A stretch of 22,725 nt of DNA, from positions 1 to 22,725 of the forward strand of contig PRDJ01000049.1 of NCBI GenBank assembly GCA_003345555.1. Direction: 5' to 3'. This stretch comes from Candidatus Thorarchaeota archaeon (lineage in GTDB: Archaea > Asgardarchaeota > Thorarchaeia > Thorarchaeales > Thorarchaeaceae). The notes beneath the pieces are model-generated. The model made no database searches, was not told where the DNA came from, and worked only from the letters and a program-made list of their open reading frames with translations. A program made the position numbers and the translations under genes. Positions within the stretch are counted from its first letter, which is position 1; each line of letters starts with the position of its first letter. Below, in pieces: positions 9,108 to 16,145 of the stretch.

Positions 9108-9392
9108 CTGCAATGCTCGCGAAGAGCTGCAGGACGTGATTAATGTACGCAGTTGTCTATCAGCAAAAGGAGTTGAGTGCTCACGTGGCTTCCCACATGA
9201 GCACGTCCTTGACCGTCGTTGGACGACGAGGTTTGTTCTGGTTTTCCTTACAGGAATGTTCCGACCCCTGTTCGGGGAACTTCTTAATCCGGGACATGTT
9301 ACCAATCCACCAGTACTACGAGATGCTGGCCCTATCTCCTGTAGAGGTAGGCTAGGTACAGAGCAGAAGTTGTCATCATCTTCCTACTGCTC
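9108..9392. other. Hairpin-dense intergenic segment (possible structured RNA)
   Basis: Stem-loops found by eye at 9108-9132, 9177-9204 (11 of 12 bp), 9214-9228, 9244-9256, 9258-9280, 9326-9355 and 9361-9392. No recognised RNA family motif. Confidence 0.3.
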
Positions 9393-9464
9393 TTGGTTGT
9401 AGGCTCATTCAGTTTCCGAGAGTTTGATTCGTGTGCCATATTGTTCGCCTTTGGTTTGTGTAGC

Positions 9465-9481
9465 AAACTATTCGATAGTTT
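9465..9481. promoter_or_regulatory. Perfect palindrome, candidate transcription-factor operator
   Basis: AAACTAT-TCG-ATAGTTT (7-bp arms, 3-nt spacer) in the AT-rich region upstream of the wHTH gene. Confidence 0.45.
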
Positions 9482-9498
9482 TGGTGTGTGGTCGAAAG

Positions 9499-9512
9499 CA
9501 TATAAAGGTTTG
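9499..9512 (-). promoter_or_regulatory. TATA-like element pointing left, with no annotated gene downstream
   Basis: Minus strand reads CCAAACCTTTATATG, which fits BRE plus TTTATA. The same bases read CGAAAGCATATAAA on +, so orientation is ambiguous. Confidence 0.4.
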
Positions 9513-9563
9513 GTCACCCAACCATTCCGTCATATATTGTTGCTATGTTAAATGGTTTAGATG

Positions 9564-9577
9564 ACAAAACTTTAATA
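9564..9577 (+). promoter_or_regulatory. Putative BRE/TATA for the wHTH regulator
   Basis: ACAAAAC-TTTAATA about 65 nt upstream of ATG 9641; RBS AGGTGA at 9628-9633. Confidence 0.5.
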
Positions 9578-9640
9578 GACGAACCTTATTTATGACCTCA
9601 AATCGCACGAAACAACGAGAACAATCAAGGTGACACCAGC

Positions 9641-10375
9641 ATGCCACAGGAACTAGGAGATGCGTTGACTGGCATTCAACTAACACCAGAAGGTAAGAAG
9701 CCCCAAAAAGAGCTCGAATTCATAACAGATGAGAAGAGAGCTGCCGTGTTCTCGGAGCCCGCGAGGCGGCAGATGATTGCGGTTCTGCGAAACGGAATTG
9801 ATGATGAAATCACTACTGAGGAGTTCAACAAGGAGACCAATGAGAGAATCATCAGAAAGAGAAATGTAAAACGTTACGCCATGTCCGTCGTCGAGATTGT
9901 TAAGGCTTCAGCAGAACTACCAAAGAGTGAGGGTCTGACAAAGAACCAGGTCTACCACCACCTGCCGGCACTTATCGAAGCAGGTCTGGTCATCAAGTAT
10001 GGTACAGTGACAACGGGCAAACGAACGACGGATTACTATCGTAGAACCGCTAGGGGTTTTGTAATTGCCGCGTCCACGGGAACCAACGAGAAGGAAATCC
10101 GCAAAGAAATCACGGAAAAGTGTGATAGAATGTCGAGAGTGTTCCATCTCGACATACCTGAAGGAAGGAAGGATGAACTCATTGACCTCTGCATGAAGGC
10201 GGATATGCTGTCGACATCGTGGACAGCAAAGATAGGAGAACGCATAATGGAGGATGTTGCTGACCCCGAGATTCTTGAGATGTACAGATGGCTCATGGAA
10301 ATCTATGCAATAGGTTCTCCTGAATACATGGATTATGCGAAGAAGATCCGGAAGATACTGTTTCCAAACGACTAG
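9641..10375 (+). CDS. ArsR-like winged helix-turn-helix transcriptional regulator with a C-terminal helical domain
   Basis: EPARRQMIAVL ... MSVVEI ... NQVYHHLPALIEAGLV ... wing ending TDYYRRTA; AGGTGA RBS. Confidence 0.85.
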   Translation: MPQELGDALTGIQLTPEGKKPQKELEFITDEKRAAVFSEPARRQMIAVLRNGIDDEITTEEFNKETNERIIRKRNVKRYAMSVVEIVKASAELPKSEGLTKNQVYHHLPALIEAGLVIKYGTVTTGKRTTDYYRRTARGFVIAASTGTNEKEIRKEITEKCDRMSRVFHLDIPEGRKDELIDLCMKADMLSTSWTAKIGERIMEDVADPEILEMYRWLMEIYAIGSPEYMDYAKKIRKILFPND

Positions 10376-10382
10376 TACCTGT

Positions 10383-10757
10383 TCATACTTTGTCGATTAG
10401 CCGGATCGCAGATCTTGAGAGATCGATAATTGCGAGTTCTGGAAGTGACTCAGGAGCCACAAGTGCCATCAACCACGTCTTCCCTTGAACTAATGTCATC
10501 AGGAAGTGACCTTCGTCTCCTCCGGATGTACCGATGTATGACTCTTGGCTTGAAGCAACCCTGGAGTACTTGACCTTGTTAACTTGAACAGACTGGGCCG
10601 CAGCGTCCGGGGCTTGAGCCAATTCCTTTGCCTCATTCACAAGATCCCAATTCGTGGTTTGCCAGATTATGACACCGTCCTTGCAGACCGCGAAGGCTTG
10701 GAAACCGGGATTATTCTCAAACAGGCTCTTCCACTCATCGCCTATGACTGTGGACAT
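10383..10757 (-). CDS. Asgard profilin paralogue B (divergent, acidic)
   Basis: 124 aa. WQTTNWDL, NKVKYS and the C-terminal helix align without large gaps to the neighbouring profilin (about 39 identities over about 107 aligned residues, by hand). GGTGA RBS 7 nt upstream of the ATG. Confidence 0.8.
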   Translation of the reverse strand: MSTVIGDEWKSLFENNPGFQAFAVCKDGVIIWQTTNWDLVNEAKELAQAPDAAAQSVQVNKVKYSRVASSQESYIGTSGGDEGHFLMTLVQGKTWLMALVAPESLPELAIIDLSRSAIRLIDKV

Positions 10758-10855
10758 GGTTGAATCACCGGAGACCTGTTCGTTCGATCGGAATCTGGCC
10801 TTGGAACCGGGTCGCTGAAGGATATCTCGGTATGATGGTACAAAGCTATCCTTGT

Positions 10856-11236
10856 TCAGACTTTGCCTTTCAGTGACTTGGCCGCACGATCTACGTCTAC
10901 ATAGATTCCATCAGGTGCAGCATTAGGGTTAGCCCAAGCTACAACCCACTTGTCAGCATCGATCTTCGCAAGCAATAGCGTGCCGCTGCCTTGTACATTG
11001 CGAGCTACAAGACTGTCCGGGCTAGACCTGATTGTGCTGTACTTCACCTTGTTTTGAATTACGCTGGGTGCCTTCTGTGCGACCGCTGCCACCAAATTCT
11101 TAGCATCGGCCGTAAGGTCCCAGTTGTTGCTCTGCCAAAGGACTTTCCCGGATGCATTGACCACTCCAAATGCTTGGATCATCTTCCCAGAGTCGTTGTA
11201 TGCCTTCGTGTAAGCTTCCATTACTGGATCGGCCAT
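10856..11236 (-). CDS. Asgard profilin paralogue A (canonical-like, basic)
   Basis: 126 aa. G-K-V-L-W-Q-S-N-N-W, VKYS, ARNVQGSG and C-terminal DVDRAAKSL match the Asgard profilin pattern as I recall it from Odin/Loki profilins (..YQSPNW..GVKYS..ATNVGGQGH..). Confidence 0.88.
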   Translation of the reverse strand: MADPVMEAYTKAYNDSGKMIQAFGVVNASGKVLWQSNNWDLTADAKNLVAAVAQKAPSVIQNKVKYSTIRSSPDSLVARNVQGSGTLLLAKIDADKWVVAWANPNAAPDGIYVDVDRAAKSLKGKV

Positions 11237-11469
11237 CTTGCAGTAACCCCGTTGAACTCACATGGTCTGTGCAGAGCATTAGCAGGCCCACCAATTTAAG
11301 ATAATCGCGAAGGTCCTCATGGCAGGCAAAACCCGTAGATCGACAACCTCATTTCATAAATGATAAAAGAGCCAGTCTAGCCGGTAACTTCAGCTGGCGG
11401 ATTTGACCGTCTACTCAAGGTCCCTGACTTGGCCAGCTAGGACATGATGACCGCTGGAGGTAGTGCATC

Positions 11470-13779
11470 TTGAGTGAGAACCGTGTTCTCGCCAGATTAC
11501 GGCCCAATCCAAACAGGCTAAGACCAACATTTGCTAGAGTGCGGGATTTCCTGACCAGCGTCTTGCCGGTGATTATCTACTCAGCGGGCTTTGCATATTC
11601 AGTCTTCCTGCTCACTCAGGGCCGTTGGGAAGTGGGAGTACTGGTCACCGTTGCTCTGGAACCTGTCCTAATCCTGCTGTCCTTGCTGAAAAAGCACCCT
11701 AGCAACTACCAGATTGGAGCGTTGGCCTTGATTGGGTTCGCATATTTCTTCGGCGGCCTGCTCTTTCGCGCTCTGTCTGAAACAGTATTGATAGGAGCAG
11801 GGAGCATATCCGTCTACGTCTACCAAGCTAGCAATCCGAGATTTCCGTTGACCAAGCGTGCCCTGATTACAGGAGTCGCCGTCGGAATAGTCATGACTTT
11901 CCTCGGCATCTATCTGATGCTGAAACTTGGAGTAGTCTACTTCGTCGGAGCTGAAATGCTCGGGGCACTGATTCTGAGTGTGTGGGGGAAGTACACGAAA
12001 GAGGAGAACACAGTGGCGGTTGCGATAGCCAACAGCTCCTCGATGGTTTCAGTAGGTGTTCTCATTTCACTCCCCGCGATTGATATCGTCGACCCAGGAC
12101 TGGCATCGACCATAACTAGCTACGAACTTATCGCGTTCATGACAGGAATCAGCGTCCTCTTCGGCATGTTCATCCTTATCCCATTCAAGGGGAAATTCGC
12201 GAAATCGCCTTGGCCACAGCTGAAGCCACAGGCGCAAGTCATAGTCACGATGGGTGCTGACAGAGCTGCAAAGAAGACAGTGATAGAGGGACTTGCCACC
12301 TCCACCGCATTGGTAGTGCCAACCAAGATTGCTGAAGCAGCTACGGGCGCAAACTTATCCTCACTTCCATTCATAGGCAGCAAGTACATCGAGCAACTGA
12401 ACTGGGTAGGCGCAAGCACTTCACCGCTCATTGCTGCAATCGGTTTCTTCGTCGGATGGAAGAGGGTAATCGTGATTCTTTGTGGTAGCTTCGTTTCCCT
12501 TGGAATATGGATATTTCTAGAGGGCGGACAGGTCGAAATATACGGGGCACATTTACAGCGACCCGAAATCCTCTATCTGGTTCTCGGCGTGTTTGCCGCG
12601 GTCATTATGCATGATGTCATAGCAGGCGGGCGAAAAGAGAGCAAGACCCAAGAACCCAGCGTTATCGATGAGAGTACCACAAAGGCCAGACCCGAATCCC
12701 GGAAAGGTGCGTTTGTGAAGGAGGCACGGGTTAGAGCCGACCAACTGAAGTCGCTCATCGATGTGAAAGAGGCACGGGAAAAAGCGGATCAACTGAAGTC
12801 GTATACATCACATATGCGCGACGACATCAAGGAAATGATTCAGAATCCAGAGATGTATCTCAGAAACAGAAATGGTGTCGTTCCCATATGGGTGGCCGGA
12901 GTCTCCACTGTCCTACTAACTATCATAGAGATTGTGGTCTTCTCGCTCATGGTACCAACCGGTGTCTTGGTCCCTGCTGGCACACTCTTGATACCTTGGC
13001 TTCTTTTCGTGTTAGGGCCCCCTGTCGCCCTCCTCTCTGCATATATCACCGCCAAGGCGATTAGTGAGACAGGTATGCTAGCCGGATATATCTCCGATAT
13101 AGTAGCGATACCTGCCATCGTTCTCTTCAAAGTTACATTCGCAGCTATTACTGTGTTTATGACCCTACTCGGATCATTTCAAGATGCGGCGCTGGCGGCC
13201 CTTGTGCATGTCAACTTGGGGAGACTCACTGGAGTGAGAGGAAGGGACGTAATAAGAGCAGTTTTCGTAGGAGTAATGCTTGGAACCATTGTGGGTTCTT
13301 ATTTCATATACTTCATTTACCGAACATATGGCTTTGGAGGAAGTGATTTTCCCAGTCCAACAGCTGTGTTGTTTGCATACTTGATTCAGAGTCTCAGTGC
13401 CTTAGGAGGCTTCCAGCTCCCCGGGATGGGTCAGTACCCCGGTTGGCACCCGGCAATCGTCTTCCTGTACCTTGTTGGCATTGCGGTGATTGGCTACTTT
13501 GTGGCCACACAACTAGACAAGAGAGGACTGAGCGCAATGAGCTTGGCAGTGGGACTCTTGATTCCGCCAGCAACTGCATTTACCATGATAATCGGTGCAG
13601 TCATAGAGTACCGGGTGACAAGAAAGCCTTCTCCAGCACCAAGTACGTCTCAGGGGCAAATACAATTCATGAGTCCTAGATACGAGAAGACAAACCGGTT
13701 CCTAAGCGGCATTGTAGCAGGTGAGGCGATTGTTACAGTCATTTTGGTGTTCCTAAGCGGCGCCCTAATCATCTTCTAG
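11470..13779 (+). CDS. OPT-family oligopeptide transporter with extra N-terminal TMs
   Basis: OPT start motif LTKRALITG...IYLMLKLG, plus AIAIGFF-type segment (IAAIGFFVG), GRLTG.R...AVFVGVMLG, YGFGGSDFPSPTA, AVGLLIP and SGIVAGEA. TTG start after GGAGG. Confidence 0.9.
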   Translation: MSENRVLARLRPNPNRLRPTFARVRDFLTSVLPVIIYSAGFAYSVFLLTQGRWEVGVLVTVALEPVLILLSLLKKHPSNYQIGALALIGFAYFFGGLLFRALSETVLIGAGSISVYVYQASNPRFPLTKRALITGVAVGIVMTFLGIYLMLKLGVVYFVGAEMLGALILSVWGKYTKEENTVAVAIANSSSMVSVGVLISLPAIDIVDPGLASTITSYELIAFMTGISVLFGMFILIPFKGKFAKSPWPQLKPQAQVIVTMGADRAAKKTVIEGLATSTALVVPTKIAEAATGANLSSLPFIGSKYIEQLNWVGASTSPLIAAIGFFVGWKRVIVILCGSFVSLGIWIFLEGGQVEIYGAHLQRPEILYLVLGVFAAVIMHDVIAGGRKESKTQEPSVIDESTTKARPESRKGAFVKEARVRADQLKSLIDVKEAREKADQLKSYTSHMRDDIKEMIQNPEMYLRNRNGVVPIWVAGVSTVLLTIIEIVVFSLMVPTGVLVPAGTLLIPWLLFVLGPPVALLSAYITAKAISETGMLAGYISDIVAIPAIVLFKVTFAAITVFMTLLGSFQDAALAALVHVNLGRLTGVRGRDVIRAVFVGVMLGTIVGSYFIYFIYRTYGFGGSDFPSPTAVLFAYLIQSLSALGGFQLPGMGQYPGWHPAIVFLYLVGIAVIGYFVATQLDKRGLSAMSLAVGLLIPPATAFTMIIGAVIEYRVTRKPSPAPSTSQGQIQFMSPRYEKTNRFLSGIVAGEAIVTVILVFLSGALIIF
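12715..12801 (+). repeat. Intragenic tandem duplication (48-nt period) in the OPT hydrophilic loop
   Basis: 12715-12753 and 12763-12801 share 33 of 39 nt, encoding VKEARVRADQLKS and VKEAREKADQLKS. Confidence 0.9.
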
Positions 13780-14744
13780 GTAAACTTCTGAACCTGATTG
13801 GCAAGTCGCTCCAAGAAAAGCGGAAAGTCGTTCCTGTTCATGCTGGCGCCAACAGCACTAGGATGACCTCCACCTTGGGCCTTGTCGATTCCTGCAAGAA
13901 CCTTGTTCATCGTCACGTTAAGGTCTATGTCGCAATCGCGTCGTCTCAGCGACAGGTCCAGTTCTTCGCCAAATGACCTCGCGCTTATGCCTACACATGT
14001 GTTCGTCGCGGTAGCAGCGAACTTGGCAGCCTTTCCGCGGAAACCACTGACAGGCATGTCAAGAACATAACCAACTTGCCCGAGCTTCTTTGCGTTCTGT
14101 CTAATGTATCTGTAGACCTCGTGCTCTATCCGGGTCGCTTTGATTGCGAGGTCCACAATATCATTCATCGAACTGGGTTCAATGCCAAGGGTCAACTGCA
14201 GGGCCAATTCCCTTGCCTGACCTCGGTAATCGATTTCCTGTAGAGCCGCGACCAGCAACCCAGCTTCAAGGAAAAGTGTTCGCTTGTCAAAGTCCTCAAG
14301 ATGCTTAGTCACAAATGGTGTGGTATCACAATAATCAGCGATTGCTCCATAAAGGGCTAGGTTCAGGGCATGCTCAGGCACTCGTGCCTCAAACTTCCGG
14401 TATGCAAGCTCGGCCGCGCACGGTCCGGTTTCATGATACAGGTCCGTCAAACTTGATAGTTCCCTCTTGACTGATGCGTCAAGCGGATGATGATCAATCC
14501 AATGAACAGTACTTCGCTCGGAAAGATGACGAAGCGCGTCGAAAATCTCTCCGGTTCGCATTGAGTTTACAGCTATATCGCTCACAACAACTGTCTCAGG
14601 GTGATCCTTGGCTATCCTGTGCAGGTCCAAATGAATCTGAGAAGGCCGACTGAAATAGAACTCTGCACCTGGGAAGGCAAGCATGTCGATGGCCCCGGCA
14701 GTTATGCCATCAATGTCGCCATGCGTCAGCACGACTGATGTCAC
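13776..14744 (-). CDS. DHH/DHHA1-family phosphoesterase (RecJ/NrnA superfamily)
   Basis: Motifs HGDIDG, VSDIA, IDHH, GAIADY and DHHA1 SLRR...GGGHPSAVG are all intact. GTG start after AGGAG. Confidence 0.92.
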   Translation of the reverse strand: MTSVVLTHGDIDGITAGAIDMLAFPGAEFYFSRPSQIHLDLHRIAKDHPETVVVSDIAVNSMRTGEIFDALRHLSERSTVHWIDHHPLDASVKRELSSLTDLYHETGPCAAELAYRKFEARVPEHALNLALYGAIADYCDTTPFVTKHLEDFDKRTLFLEAGLLVAALQEIDYRGQARELALQLTLGIEPSSMNDIVDLAIKATRIEHEVYRYIRQNAKKLGQVGYVLDMPVSGFRGKAAKFAATATNTCVGISARSFGEELDLSLRRRDCDIDLNVTMNKVLAGIDKAQGGGHPSAVGASMNRNDFPLFLERLANQVQKFT

Positions 14745-14768
14745 AAGACCAAATCTCCTGTATGTCTG

Positions 14769-16145
14769 TCATTGTTTGACTTGTTCGATGGCACGGTCCC
14801 ATTCATCTTTTTCTTCAGCTTCGCCACGAACCTCCTTGCGGATTCTCGAACGTTCCTTCCTCGCTTTCTCCGCGGCCCTCTTCTTCGCCTTCAGTTCTTT
14901 CTTCTCTTTCCTGAGTTTCTCTTTCTCTTCTTTGTCAGGCTTTATTTCACCCTCTCGTGCTACCAAGCTCCCAATCAACATGGCAACAAACGGAAACAGG
15001 AGTATCATTGGGACTAAGAAGAGCAGAATGAACTCTGGCTGGAGTAATTCAACGCTATCGGATATCCCCGGTGGAAGGCTAAGAAGCGCCACGAACACTG
15101 AAGGGTTCATCAGCAAGAAGGAAATCGCAACAACGCACCCAAGTCGAAAGACAGAGCCCAATACGGTCGATCTTACGACATAACCTTGCGAGGGAGCCGC
15201 CGCCCGCGCAGTTAGCTCGTCTCTTGCAGCAGGGTCATTGCGGAGTATCTCATCCACGAAATTCTGTAGGCGCCGTACGTCGGCCACAGCATCCAGATTC
15301 TCGAGCGCTTCTGAGGTGCCTACTACCCTTCTCTCGATTGCTTCTCTTACAAATGAGAATACCGTTGCACCAGAGGATCTGCTCATGGCTGTGCTGCTTA
15401 CCGTCTCACCTCGTTCTATTGCATCCTGCTTTCTTGTAGCCATACGCAGCGCGAGAAGCTGCTTCTTCAAGGTCTCTTCTCGCTCCTCGACTGGCTTGCC
15501 TACAGAGTAGCTGTATATCATCTGATAGCTTATTTCTAGGTAGGCGAACGAGATCAGTGCGAGTAATTGCACATTACTGCCAAGAAAGTAGAAGAAGTCG
15601 GACGGGAACTGAACGAAGTTCGGAACACTGGATACCTCTCTAAACGCGGCTACTACAAGTATCAGCTGGATTGAGATGAAAGCACCACCAACGAACTTGT
15701 GATCCATTCTAACCAGCGACTGTAGAAACAATGCAACGCCCACAGCAGCAAAGAGGAAGTACAGAAAAGTGAATGTCTGTTGCCAAAGGGTATTCAGAAT
15801 CATGAGAAGACTGCCTCTGAATGACGCAAAGACCTCCTCTATATTGGCTAGAGGGCTTGTCAGACCATAGGGTTCCATGACCCATGAGTGCAGAATGAGC
15901 GTGTTGTAGAGCCCTGCCAATAACGTGTTCAATGTCTGACCGCCAATCATGGGAGAAGCAAGAGAATTCACCATCATCACGGCCAAGAAGAAGACTAGCA
16001 AGCTCAGTAGACGAAACACGGTAGTGATGAAAAGATAGGGTATGCCCCAATCCCACCTTCCTGACATTATTCGGTACACAATGTAAGCCATTGCGACAAA
16101 GGCGGCCACCGAAAGACCTCGTAATATCCACGTAACCAGTCTCAA
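14769..16145 (-). CDS. Uncharacterised polytopic membrane protein with a cytoplasmic helical insert and a K/E/R-rich tail
   Basis: About 5-6 N-terminal TMs, a ~105-aa soluble helical region, 2 TMs, then KEEKEKLRKEKKELKAKKRAAEKARKE. The TTG start overlaps the DUF58 TGA (TTGA). Confidence 0.8.
   Translation of the reverse strand: MRLVTWILRGLSVAAFVAMAYIVYRIMSGRWDWGIPYLFITTVFRLLSLLVFFLAVMMVNSLASPMIGGQTLNTLLAGLYNTLILHSWVMEPYGLTSPLANIEEVFASFRGSLLMILNTLWQQTFTFLYFLFAAVGVALFLQSLVRMDHKFVGGAFISIQLILVVAAFREVSSVPNFVQFPSDFFYFLGSNVQLLALISFAYLEISYQMIYSYSVGKPVEEREETLKKQLLALRMATRKQDAIERGETVSSTAMSRSSGATVFSFVREAIERRVVGTSEALENLDAVADVRRLQNFVDEILRNDPAARDELTARAAAPSQGYVVRSTVLGSVFRLGCVVAISFLLMNPSVFVALLSLPPGISDSVELLQPEFILLFLVPMILLFPFVAMLIGSLVAREGEIKPDKEEKEKLRKEKKELKAKKRAAEKARKERSRIRKEVRGEAEEKDEWDRAIEQVKQ

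Noticed and set aside
9372-9380. RUGAUGA box C motifs (minus strand here, plus strand near 11445) suggesting C/D box sRNAs
   Set aside because: No CUGA D' or D boxes at the expected spacing.
9085-9402. Methyltransferase frame stays open about 105 codons past its TGA, with a hairpin 21 nt downstream, suggesting selenocysteine readthrough (some Asgard archaea use Sec)
   Set aside because: The MTase fold is complete before the TGA (ends YQMVFSK), the extension looks non-protein-like, there is no redox motif around the TGA, and I see no SECIS core. An open stretch of this length occasionally occurs by chance.
4062-10853. Recurring AGGA(T)...(A)TCCT inverted arms at 4062, 8171 and 10818 as one motif family
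   Set aside because: Spacers differ (5, 5 and 22 nt), arms match only 4-5 nt, and contexts differ, so coincidence is likely.
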